A stretch of 64,000 nucleotides of DNA, from NCBI GenBank assembly GCA_043228905.1, contig JBHGNT010000011.1:8556001-8620000 (forward strand). Direction: 5' to 3'. The notes under the pieces are model-generated. The model did no database searches and was not told the origin of the DNA. It worked only from the letters and a program-made list of their open reading frames with translations. This DNA is from Azolla caroliniana. Taxonomy: Eukaryota > Plantae > Polypodiophyta. Shown here one piece after another: positions 25,552 through 36,363 of the stretch. Positions within the stretch are counted from its first letter, which is position 1, and each line of letters begins with the position of its first letter. The position numbers and the translations under genes were made by a program.

Positions 25552-27430
25552 ATGGGCAAGGGTCCTGGCATTTTCTCTGAAATCGGGAAGAAAGCAAGGG
25601 GTATGCACAAAGTTTTCTATCTGCATATTGTTTTTCATTGGATGTGGCTTCGAGGTCATCCAAATCTAACAAAAAGATTGTCCCTGCCTTTCAGATACAT
25701 TGTATAAAGATTATTATTATGACCACAAGTTCAGCCTCACAACCAACACATCGACTGGCTTGGTAATTTTTTGTGCTGAGCTTAGATGCTCTATGGTTTA
25801 ATTGAAATAGATGTGTATATTTGAAGTTCGAAGGCTGACCAAGCCGCAGATGCTTAGCTGATCTTTTCGGACGATCAGCCACACTGGAACTGAGACATGG
25901 CGATGGTTTGAATTGAATTGAAAGAGAGGTGAATTGACGGGGAGGTTAAATGCATTGGAATTGAATCCAAAGAGAAGGTTTTTTTGAAGTAAATTAAAAT
26001 GCTTTATAATTGAGTTCAAAGTGATGCTTTTTAATTGCACAGAAGGAGGGTTTAAGTGAAATTAGATGCTGTGGAATTGTGTCGAAAGAGAGCTTATTAT
26101 AAATAAAATGCTTTTGAATTGAAGGCAAGGTAGGTTTTTCGAAATTAAATGCATCGGTATGGAATTGAAAGAGATGCTATATTCGAGGCTTACTTGTTTG
26201 TCATTGAATAAGAAGAGGCATTCTGAGTTGAATACTGTAGAATTTAGTTGAAAAGTTGGCTTGTTCATGCCTCAATTCTGTAATATTTCATTGGAAATGA
26301 GGCTTACCCAATTTAGTAAATGCTGTAGAGCTGACTGGGAAAGGAGGTTTATTCTAAGTTCATTTCTTTGAAAATTCTAGGAAAGTCTCGTTTGATGATC
26401 ACACTGAATGGCTTTTTGCAGACTTTCACCTCCACTGGGACCAAGCAGGATGAAACTGTTCTGGGGGATGTCACAGTTCAGTTTAAGAAGGACATTCTCA
26501 CCGCTGATTTGAATGTCGATACCAAATCTAGTGTGCGTAGGAATCTCATGTTTCTTGAAGTTTAACTCTTATGACCTAATTACTATTGACGAAATCATTC
26601 CTTTTTCTTAAACACTGTTGTTATTTTCAGATCTCTGCTACTGTCACTGTGGATGAGCCTACCCCTGGTCTCAAGGCAATTCTTAACTTTACTGTGCCTG
26701 ACCAAAAGTCAAGCAAGGTATCAAGCAAATGTGAATTTATAACTTTAACGAGTAATTTTTTATTATTCAAGTATTGAAGTTTATCTTTGCTTCATATATG
26801 ACACTTTTTCCCATTACACAGGTCGAAGTTCAATACAAGCATGGCTATGCTGGTGTGAGAACTAGCCTAGGTCTAACTCCGTCACCTATCATGGAGTTCT
26901 CAACAGTTTTGGGATCTAATGAAATAGGCCTTGGCGGAGAGGTTGGTTTTGATAGTGCTACTAGTGCTCTTACAAAGTATAATGCGGGGCTAAGCTATTC
27001 AAAGCCCGATTTCACAGCTGCCCTCTTCTTGTAAGAAGCTGCAAAATTATTACCAAGGGTTATTTATCTTTCCTTAACAATCATCATTCATTCCTCGCTT
27101 CCTTTTTGTTGTTTGTTTTTTAGGCTTGACAGAGCAGACACTATGAAATTCTCCTATGCCCACACTCTTAGTCCCCTCACGAATTCTGTGGTTGCAGCTG
27201 AGATTTCTCACAGCATTTCGAAGAACAACAATGCATTCACTATCGGGGGAAGCTACATGCTCGACCCCCTCACAACTGTGAAGGGTAGGATCAGTCACAT
27301 TGGGAAAGTCTCTGCATCCCTTCAGCATGAATGGATTTACAAGTCATTTGTAACGATTTCTGGTGAGGTTGATGCTCTGGCCTTGGACAAGAAGGCAAAA
27401 CTGGGGATCTCTGTCATCATGAAACCATGA
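25552..27430 (+). CDS. VDAC: Mitochondrial outer membrane porin (voltage-dependent anion channel), 6 coding exons
   Basis: Exons 25552-25600, 25695-25762, 26422-26532, 26631-26717, 26822-27030, 27124-27430, all GT-AG. Starts MGKGPGIFSEIGKKARDTLYKDY; contains TKYNAGLS and LDPLTTVKGR; ends KLGISVIMKP. Confidence 0.95.
25900..26260. repeat. Degenerate short tandem repeats (GAATTGAA-type) in VDAC intron 2
   Basis: Recurrent GGAATTGAA / TTTTGAATTGAAGG / AAATTAAATGC motifs spaced ~30-45 bp apart. Confidence 0.5.
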
Positions 27431-27779
27431 CCGATGTCCATCTAGTCTAAATCATTTTTTATCCGAACATTTATTATTATCATCAAATAACAATGTGATA
27501 ACCTCATCTGCGAACAGTTGTTTTGGTAGTCCTCGGGCAGTTTTGGGTGGGTGTCCTTTTGTTTGCCTAGTAAATTAAAACATTATTAATTCGAATGCCC
27601 CCCTTTTTCGTAATAATTAAATTCTCGTTTTCTTAAGAGTTAGAATTGAGATTCTTTGTGAATGAACAAACTGAATGAGAGGATTTTCAATGACCTCTTT
27701 GTAAGAGCATTTAAATTGTGTGATTGGAATGAGAATGTGAGTGGTGGTCTGATAATATGTTGATTCCACAGCTGTTCAA

Positions 27780-28380
27780 AGCTTGAATATTTCTGATGGT
27801 TGGCCTAGAACATTTGATAGAATGAATGATGAATTTAATCTATAATCCATGAGCTGAATCCTAGTCTAGGATTGTGTATGACTAAAGGCAATGAATTTGA
27901 TTTATAATGCATCAAATGAGAATTACTCTAGAATGTATATAATGTTATACGGACAATGAACTTTATCTATAATGTCATGAAAGGAATTAGAGTTCCCCAG
28001 AATGTGTAGAACTGTAAGACAGGGTATCGAAGTTTCTCAGGTCGTACATGACTGGAAGATAGTGAATTTGATTTGTAAGGCCATCAGATATGTATGACCA
28101 TCGATGAATTTGATTTGCTGGGATTGTATGACCATCAGATATCATAGTCACTCATTGTTTCTGACAGTAAGATAATAAGTTTGATTTATAATGCCATGAC
28201 ATGATAGTCATTCAGATTGTATGACATTTAGCCAGTAATTTGATCTATAAACGAGTTAAAATTGCTGTGACAATGAATTTGATTTGCGAATCATGTACGC
28301 ATAGTCACTTGGACTGTAAATGACAGCAAGACAATGAATTTGCTCTATAATTTATTACATGAATTGAAGTTACACAGGTA
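27780..28380. repeat. Degenerate minisatellite (~55-65-bp unit) downstream of VDAC
   Basis: About 9 recurrences of CAATGAATTTGATTTATAATG variants. Confidence 0.65.
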
Positions 28381-28409
28381 TCATATCTACTATATATGTT
28401 GATGACTAA

Positions 28410-29025
28410 AATCTAGGATGCATATTAAAGTGGATGTCTTGCCCTAGTATTTTTTTAGTAATGGCCTTGATATTTTCAAGTGAATTCTTCTGTTAGATGG
28501 TCATCTTTCTAATTAATGGCAAGTTTACAAGTACCCAATGTGACAGATTCCATGTCTTAAGCATATATGTTGATGACTCATGCCTTACATGTGCAATGAT
28601 CTTGATATGCAAACAATAGTGTTTCTGGATGAGTTGTATGGTCTTGTTGTTTAGTTGTGTGAACTTGACTAAGTCAAAACTCTTACTCTTGCATTTATAT
28701 TAGTCAAAATGTTCTAATATCTGGCATGCACAAACATAGAGGATGCTTATTAAAGTGGATGTTAAGACCTAGCGTTTCTTGATAATGGCCTTTGATGTTT
28801 TCAAGTGAGTTCTTTCATTAGATGGTTATTTTTTTGATTAATGACGAGTTACAAGTGTCCAATGTGACAAATTCAATGTCTCAAGCATATCTGCTAATGA
28901 CTCATGCCTTAAAGTGTGCAATGATCTTGATATGAACAATAGTGTTTGTGCAGGAGTTGTATGGTCTTTACTGTTTAGTTGAAGTCAAAATTCTTATTCT
29001 TGCATTTATATTAGTGGCATGCACA
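28410..29025. repeat. Tandem duplication of ~320 bp
   Basis: GGATGC.TATTAAAGTGGATGT...GTGCAATGATCTTGATATG...AAGTCAAAA.TCTTA.TCTTGCATTTATATTAGT is present twice (from ~28416 and from ~28740). Confidence 0.8.
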
Positions 29026-30231
29026 TGTTGCGATAACATATGTGCGTAACCTACTCGAGTGGAACCATAGGTGTCTTCGACCAGGGAGTTAGAAAGGTGG
29101 AGAAGACTGAAGATTCGCTCTTGTTGAAGAAGGCTCCTTGTCGAGCAAAGGCTCATCGACCTTTGGGGCTCGTCAACCTTAGCTTGTCGACTTCTCTCAC
29201 TGACCTCTCCCTCGTCAACTTCTCTCGTCGACCTCCCTCATTAGACAAAGCTCATCGGACAAGGGGACAATGAACAAGGTGTCAAAGAAAGGTCTAGGGT
29301 TTTCAAGGCCGAACAGAGCGAAGATCTTGATGATGATTAACACACAAATAGGATCTAAACACGTGATTAATGGATGTACACGAGATTAAGGCAAAATGTT
29401 GGTTAAAATATGCGAGGGATATCTTACAAGATTTAGGTTTACAACGACTAGATATAAACTACCACGATTTTGGTAGTTTTATACAAATGGTCACTCTATT
29501 AGAGCTCAAACGAAATGAAAACGAACAAAAGGGGGCTAAGGAGATTCTGGTGAAGGTGAGTCAAGTGAGCCACTAGGACCACGACTACGACTGTTGGCTA
29601 TTGTGCCTGAATGGTGGAATGGCGGTGTAGTGTTCCCGTGTCACTTTGTCCTCCCTTCAACGACTGGAGTGCAAGGTTGCACGCCCTTCTCTCTAAATCG
29701 CCATTGTGTAACGTTGTCCACTATGGAGAAGATGATCCAACCTCCAAAGTAGTTGTAAGTAACCCGAAAGTCAACGAAGAACCCCAAAATAAACCCCATG
29801 AGAAGAAGAAAAGACCAAAAACCTCCCTAGACCTAAAGTTTGCAAAGAAGAGGAAAGCCTAGACACTCACAAGAAAGAAAAGAAACCCTAAACTCTCGAC
29901 TAAGACGATGGAGGAGAGGAAGAAAGAAACCAAAATCCTAAGTCCTCTAGTATTGGAGGAGAAGAGAACAAGAAGACAGAAAACCTAATGGTATCCCTTA
30001 AACTACAAAAATGGAGACCCTCTAGAAATGAAGAAAGGGAAGAAAACAAAACCCTAATGTACATCCTTGGACAAAAACTGGGCGATCCTCAAGAAATAAG
30101 CCCTCTTATGCTCTTTTTATAGAGAAAAGATTAGTCTATTTTCGGCATTTAATGTAGTTTTATTCTCTTGCTTCGAAAATGCAAAAGAGAATAAAATAGT
30201 CCTTAATCCACGTTGACAGAGATTTGAACTT

Positions 30232-30442
30232 GTTGAGAATCAAACCAAACTTCCCCAATGTAATGACTTTCACACTAGCAATGGACACACTAGGTTCAGG
30301 CTAGTTTTGTAAATAGTAGAAAGGACAATTGGCCTAAGTTAGTTAGTATTTAAACCAACTCTTTTGTAACCTAGTTACCATTGGATGATTTTTGGTTGTA
30401 ATTGTTCTCTGCTAATACACCTCCTTGTTCTCTATCTTTAAG

Positions 30443-30508
<66 letters not shown>

Positions 30509-30925
30509 TTGCCTTACACATACACAAAGTTTCCTTCCGCTGCACGAGATCACCTACACTCTCCATTTCTTTACATGGTATTAGAGCGAGTGGTATTCTG
30601 ATAAAAACTTTCTCAACTGTGTTGTGTCACACGTAGATGACCAAATAGAACCGACTCAACAACAGAGAATAAATTCGACTTGCTGAACACTCAGATGGGA
30701 AGCGCTCTTCCTATCGAGAAACTCAACACATCGAACTTTGCATCTTGGGAATACAAGATGCACCAATACCTTGTTAGCCAAGGCTGTTGGAGTTACATCG
30801 AAGGAGCTCAAGAAAATCAACCCAACCCGGCACATGTCGACTACCCAACATGGGAGCAAGGGGTGAGTCGCGTGCTGTATTGCCTAGCATCATGCATCCA
30901 TGATCACATGCTCAACTACATTCGT
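30232..30925 (+). mobile_element. 5' end of a Ty1/copia element (LTR with (CA)n(CT)n, PBS, gag N-terminus), interrupted by nested insertions
   Basis: LTR TGTTGAGAA...TTACA at 30232-30576, PBS TGGTATTAGAGC at 30577, gag MGSALPIEKLNTSNFASWEYKM from 30705; homologous to the element at 61871. Confidence 0.8.
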
Positions 30926-31022
30926 GTTATGGGCATGACCATATAATATCCGTGGTAAGTTGTACCGCAATATTCTACACACGAGGATAACATGTGAGGG
31001 TTAACGAAGAGTGTAAAGAATT

Positions 31023-34000
31023 TGTTGGGATTACGATCCCTTCGGGTGGGATGGTCGGATGTCGGAGATGAATGCCGACGAGCCCGGTTTCGGTTTCGGA
31101 TCCGGATGTTGAAGACCCCGGCTTCGGTTTCGGATGACGAATGTACCCGGAGAGCGATCCGGATGCAGGGACATATCTGTGAATATGTCCGCTAAGGGCC
31201 CCTGAGGCTATAGTTGTAAATAGCCCCAAAGTCATATATGTATAAATATGACTTAGGGCAAATAGTTTTGTTGTTGCTAATCATTTTTCTGTTTTTCCAC
31301 TCAAGAGGAGTGAAGAGGGAGCAGCCGTGAGAGAGAGAGAGAGAGATAGAGAGTGAGAGAGGAAGAGGACTACGCCTCTGTGTATTTCCGCCGCCTGTGG
31401 CGAGGACAGCGAGCTCAAGGTCGTCGCCTTGCAGCTCGCCATTGTGTACTTCTCTTTGTATAGCGTTGGTTTGGAGTCTCGTACTCCCGTGGTTTTTCCC
31501 ATTTAGGGTTTTCCACGTTAATCCCTGTGTATACGTTTGTTTCTCTCTTTGGTTCCTATTTTCTGCTGCATTGATCCGCGATTACTCGGTTGTGGCCGAG
31601 TGGTGAAGGTCAATCGAAGCGTCGATTCGCAACAAACTGGTATCAGAGCGAACTGCTGCAGAAAATGGAAGGCGGCGGCAGCGGGCAGCCGGGGATGATG
31701 GTGCTGAATGCGCAGAATTACGCCGACTGGAAGATCAAGATGGAGGATCTTCTGATTGTTCGGGACCTGTACGAACCGATTGACAGGTCGGAAATACCGA
31801 AGGGGGTACTTGAGTCGGAGTGGAAGCTCCTGAACCGGAAAGCCGTAGCGACGATCCGACAATATGTCGATGTAAGCGTCCTACAACATGTGGCGAACGA
31901 CACCAACGCATATGAGATGTGGAAGAAGCTGTCGGGCCTCTACGAGAGGAAAAATGCGTTGAACCGGACCTCCCTGATGAGGAAGATAGTGAATCTCAAG
32001 TACCGGGACGGCGAGAGTATGGTGGAACACGTAAGCACGTTCATGGGATTCGTGAATCAGCTTGCGGCGATCAAGTTCCCGTTGGAGGATGCAATGCAAG
32101 CCATCATCCTGATGTGTACATTGCCGGAAAGCTGGGAGAACTTGGTGGTGACTCTCAGCACCTCCTGCACAGAAGATAACTTGTCCTTGCAAACGGTAAA
32201 GACAAGTATTTTGAACGAAGAAGCGCGTCGGAGAGATAAAGAACCGGCCTCCGACCCGAAGGCGCTGCTTACCGAATCGGATCGGGGAAGACAATGGAAC
32301 CGGAGTCCGCAAAGACGGGAGAAGTCGGGGACCCGGTCGCAGTCAAGAGGAAGGCCCACATGCTTCCACTGTGGGAAACCGGGGCACTTCCGAAAGAATT
32401 GTCGGCATTACCGAAAAGACAACGGAGCCGACGACACCGATTCGAAGAAGTCACCGGAGAGAAACGGTGCATACCGGGGAGCCACGGACCGGAGAGGTTC
32501 GGATCGGCGAGGGCAGGACCGGAAAGGAACGACGGCACTCGCGGCAAGTGAGGAAGAAATCATGCTCATCACCGAAGAAGGTGAACTAAACATTGCCGGC
32601 GATGAGACGACCTGGGTGGTCGATTCCGGAGCATCGTTCCACCTGACCCCGGAGAGAAGATACTTCTCATCCTACACAGCCGGTGAGCATGGCTGTGTTC
32701 GGATGGGAAATGAAGGTACGTGCCGGATTGCCGGCATAGGAGACGTGTGGTTGACAACCCCGACCGGATGCAAAATGCTGCTGAAGGATGTCCGACACGT
32801 TCCGGAGGTTCGATTGAACCTGATTTCGGCCGGGAGGCTAGACGATGAAGGCTACGCAGGTAGCATCCGGAACGGCGTAATGAAGTTCAGCAAGGGGAGC
32901 CTGATAGTGGCTCGGGCCCGGAAAGACAACACACTGTACCTGATGAATGCCCGGTTATGTCCGGAAGAACTGAATGTGGCAGCCGACACTGCCGGTGAGC
33001 TGTGGCACAAAAGACTGTGCCACATGAGTGAGAAGGGGATGAAGAGGCTTGCAGAAGACAACCTTATCCCAGTGAAGCATGTGCACCTGGAGAAGTGCAC
33101 CGATTGCCTGGCCGGTAAGCAGAACCGAACCTCCTTCCACTCAAGGCCACCGACGAGACGTAGCGCACCATTGGAGTTGGTGCACACTGATGTGTGTCAG
33201 GTAGAAACGAAGTCACATGGCGGAGCCCAGTACTTCGTAACATTCATCGATGATCATAGCCGAAAACTGTGGACGGCACCGATGAAGACAAAGGACCAAG
33301 TGTTGTGCGTCTTCAAAGAACTCCACGCGAGAGTGGAAAGGGAATCCGGCAAGAAGCTGAAAGCGATACGAGCGGATAACGGAGGGGAATACCGGGGGCA
33401 GTTCCAGGAGTATTGTCGCTCGAAGGGAATCCGACTCGAGTTTACTGTGCCGAAGACGCCGGAACTGAACGGGCTGGCCGAGAGGATGAACCGGACCATA
33501 ATGGAGAGGGTCCGGAGTATGCTGGCGCATGCGAAATTACCCAAGGGATTCTGGGCTGAGGCAATGTCGACGGCGACATATGTGATAAACAGATCACCCT
33601 CAGTACCTTTGGACGGAGACACGCCGCAGAGAGTGTGGACCGGTAGGGAAGTATCCTACCGGCATCTGAAGGTGTTCGGGTGTCTCGTATACGTGCATGT
33701 GGCAAAGGACCGGAGAGGAAAGCTAGATCCAAAGACCCGGCCATGCATATTCCTCGGTTACGGCGACGACGAGTTCGGCTACCGAGTATGGGACCCGGTT
33801 GACAAGAAGATATTCCGGAGTCGTGATATCATCTTCATGGAGGACAAGACACTCGCCGACTGGGAGTCGGAGAAGAAGATGAAGAGCTCCAAGTCGACCG
33901 GTGAGGATCAACTCTACGAGGAGCAGTCCCGACCGGCAAGGGACCGGTTAGCACTCGAGGATCCGGCCGAAGACGGTGAAGAAACAGAACCGGCCGAAGA

Positions 34001-36363
34001 AGATGAAAATGATACCGGAACCGGCCCCGATCCCGAAATGGATTCGGATGAAGAAGAAGAATCGGAAGAACCGATTACCGAAGCTCCCGAACGGAGATAT
34101 CCTCTAAGAGAGAGGAGGGCCCCCCGGAGATTTCCGGATCCAGAGCACGTGCTGCTAACCGACGAGGGGGAGCCGGAGAGCTTTGAAGAAGCAAAGCACG
34201 ACACCCAGAGCCGCAGGTGGTTGAGTGCCATGCAGGACGAGATGGATTCCCTGCATGAGAACCACACATATGAACTTGTGGAGTTGCCGAAAGGAAAGCG
34301 GGCACTTCGAAACAAGTGGGTGTTCAAGCTGAAACCGGGAGATGCCGGAAACCCCCCGAGATACAAAGCCAGGATCGTGGTGAAGGGGTTTCAGCAGAAG
34401 AAGGGCGTCGACTTCGACGAGATATTTGCCCCGGTAGTGAAGATGACCTCCATCCGGACGGTGCTGAGCATAGCGGCAAGCATGGACCTCGAGGTAGAAC
34501 AGATGGACGTGAAGACGGCATTCCTTCACGGTGACCTCGATGAAGAGATCTACATGCAGCAACCGGAAGGATTCGAGAAGAAAGGGAAGGAGCACCTGGT
34601 ATGCCGGTTGAAGAAGAGCCTTTACGGACTGAAGCAGGCTCCCCGGCAATGGTACCGGAAATTCGACTCCTTCATGACCGACGAAGGGTACCTCAAAACG
34701 CAGTCCGACCACTACGTGTTTATGAAGAAGTTCGAAGGAGGAGACTTCCTAATACTCCTCCTGTACGTGGACGACATGTTGATCGTCGGACGGGACCAGG
34801 TCAAGATACGGATGCTGAAGAAGGCTCTTCACCGAACCTTCTCAATGAAGGACTTGGGTCCGGCGAGGCAAATACTAGGGATGCACATCATCCGGGACCG
34901 GAAGAAGAAGCAGTTGTGGCTGTCACAGGAGAAGTACGTGACAAAGGTGCTTCACCGGTTCAACATGTCGGAAGCAAGACCGGTCGGATCGACCCTCCCG
35001 GCAAACTGCAAGCTGTCCAACAAGCAAAGTCCCAAGACAAAGGCTGAAAAGGAGGATATGATGAAAGTGCCATATGCCTCAGCCGTCGGGAGCTTGATGT
35101 ACGCCATGGTGTGTACGAGACCGGACATCGGATATGCAGTCGGAGTGGTGAGCCGGTACATGAGCAATCCCGGCAAAGAGCATTGGAACGCGGCCAAGTG
35201 GATACTCCGATACCTGAAGGGCACGGCAAACGTGTGCCTCCGATTCGGCTCCGGTAAGCCCGAACTCGACGGCTTTACCGATTCGGATATGTCGGCTGAT
35301 GCAGATACCAGCCGGTCCACATCAGGGTATGTGATGACGTATGCAGGGGGAGCTGTTTCATGGCAGTCGAGGCTGCAGAAGACGGTTGCGTTGTCAACTA
35401 CGGAGGCGGAGTACATGGCGGCTGTTGAAGCCGGCAAGGAAGTAATATGGATGAAGGACTTCATTAGAGAGCTCGGTATCCGGCAGGAGGAGTACCGACT
35501 CTACTGTGACAGTCAGAGTGCAATCCACCTTGCGAAGAACGCGGCCTATCACTCCCGGACGAAGCACATCCAGCGAAGATATCACTGGATCCGCGAAAGG
35601 ATAGAAGACAAGGAGTTCGTGCTGACAAAGATCCACACGGACGAGAACGGGTCGGATATGCTGACCAAGGTCCTCACACCCGACAAGCTGGAAGCATGCC
35701 GGAAGAGGATCGGATTGGAAAGACATCCCATGCCGAAGTGAAGGGGGAGTTTGTTGGGATTACGATCCCTTCGGGTGGGATGGTCGGATGTCGGAGATGA
35801 ATGCCGACGAGCCCGGTTTCGGTTTCGGATCCAGATGTTGAAGACCCCGGCTTCGGTTTCGGATGACGAATGTACCCGGAGAGCGATCCGGATGCAGGGA
35901 CATATCCGTGAATATGTCCGCTAAGGGCCCCTGAGGCTATAGTTGTAAATAGCCCCAAAGTCATATATGTATAAATATGACTTAGGGCAAATAGTTTTGT
36001 TGTTGCTAATCATTTTTCTGTTTTTCCACTCAAGAGGAGTGAAGAGGGAGCAGCCGTGAGAGAGAGAGAGAGAGATAGAGAGTGAGAGAGGAAGAGGACT
36101 ACGCCTCTGTGTATTTCCGCCGCCTGTGGCAAGGACAGCGAGCTCAAGGTCGTCGCCTTGCAGCTCGCCATTGTGTACTTCTCTTTGTATAGCGTTGGTT
36201 TGGAGTCTCGTACTCCCGTGGTTTTTCCCATCTAGGGTTTTCCACGTTAATCCCTGTGTATACGTTTGTTTCTCTCTTTGGTTCCTATTTTCTGCTGCAT
36301 TGATCCGCGATTACTCGGTTGTGGCCGAGTGGTGAAGGTCAATCGAAGCGTCGATTCACAACA
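31023..36363 (+). mobile_element. Full-length young Ty1/copia LTR retrotransposon
   Basis: 612-bp LTRs at 31023-31634 and 35752-36363 (5 transitions seen by eye), perfect 5-bp TSD GAATT (31018-31022, 36364-36368), Met PBS TGGTATCAGAGC at 31638, PPT GAAGGGGGAG before the 3' LTR. Confidence 0.98.
31665..35741 (+). CDS. Ty1/copia Gag-Pol polyprotein (gag, zinc knuckle, PR, INT, RT, RNase H), uninterrupted
   Basis: First ATG after the PBS is at 31665. Motifs CFHCGKPGHFRKNC, WVVDSGAS, LWHKRLCH, VHTD...FIDD, RADNGGEY, LYVDDML, ALSTTEAEY. Confidence 0.97.
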   Translation: MEGGGSGQPGMMVLNAQNYADWKIKMEDLLIVRDLYEPIDRSEIPKGVLESEWKLLNRKAVATIRQYVDVSVLQHVANDTNAYEMWKKLSGLYERKNALNRTSLMRKIVNLKYRDGESMVEHVSTFMGFVNQLAAIKFPLEDAMQAIILMCTLPESWENLVVTLSTSCTEDNLSLQTVKTSILNEEARRRDKEPASDPKALLTESDRGRQWNRSPQRREKSGTRSQSRGRPTCFHCGKPGHFRKNCRHYRKDNGADDTDSKKSPERNGAYRGATDRRGSDRRGQDRKGTTALAASEEEIMLITEEGELNIAGDETTWVVDSGASFHLTPERRYFSSYTAGEHGCVRMGNEGTCRIAGIGDVWLTTPTGCKMLLKDVRHVPEVRLNLISAGRLDDEGYAGSIRNGVMKFSKGSLIVARARKDNTLYLMNARLCPEELNVAADTAGELWHKRLCHMSEKGMKRLAEDNLIPVKHVHLEKCTDCLAGKQNRTSFHSRPPTRRSAPLELVHTDVCQVETKSHGGAQYFVTFIDDHSRKLWTAPMKTKDQVLCVFKELHARVERESGKKLKAIRADNGGEYRGQFQEYCRSKGIRLEFTVPKTPELNGLAERMNRTIMERVRSMLAHAKLPKGFWAEAMSTATYVINRSPSVPLDGDTPQRVWTGREVSYRHLKVFGCLVYVHVAKDRRGKLDPKTRPCIFLGYGDDEFGYRVWDPVDKKIFRSRDIIFMEDKTLADWESEKKMKSSKSTGEDQLYEEQSRPARDRLALEDPAEDGEETEPAEEDENDTGTGPDPEMDSDEEEESEEPITEAPERRYPLRERRAPRRFPDPEHVLLTDEGEPESFEEAKHDTQSRRWLSAMQDEMDSLHENHTYELVELPKGKRALRNKWVFKLKPGDAGNPPRYKARIVVKGFQQKKGVDFDEIFAPVVKMTSIRTVLSIAASMDLEVEQMDVKTAFLHGDLDEEIYMQQPEGFEKKGKEHLVCRLKKSLYGLKQAPRQWYRKFDSFMTDEGYLKTQSDHYVFMKKFEGGDFLILLLYVDDMLIVGRDQVKIRMLKKALHRTFSMKDLGPARQILGMHIIRDRKKKQLWLSQEKYVTKVLHRFNMSEARPVGSTLPANCKLSNKQSPKTKAEKEDMMKVPYASAVGSLMYAMVCTRPDIGYAVGVVSRYMSNPGKEHWNAAKWILRYLKGTANVCLRFGSGKPELDGFTDSDMSADADTSRSTSGYVMTYAGGAVSWQSRLQKTVALSTTEAEYMAAVEAGKEVIWMKDFIRELGIRQEEYRLYCDSQSAIHLAKNAAYHSRTKHIQRRYHWIRERIEDKEFVLTKIHTDENGSDMLTKVLTPDKLEACRKRIGLERHPMPK

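Noticed and set aside
29026-30230. LTR-like or TE-internal sequence with short ORFs
   Set aside because: It is probably repetitive, but I could not identify termini, PBS, PPT or any domain.
31590-31664. N-terminal 25 aa of the 1383-aa ORF call
   Set aside because: It starts at a non-ATG codon inside the LTR and crosses the PBS; the first ATG is at 31665.
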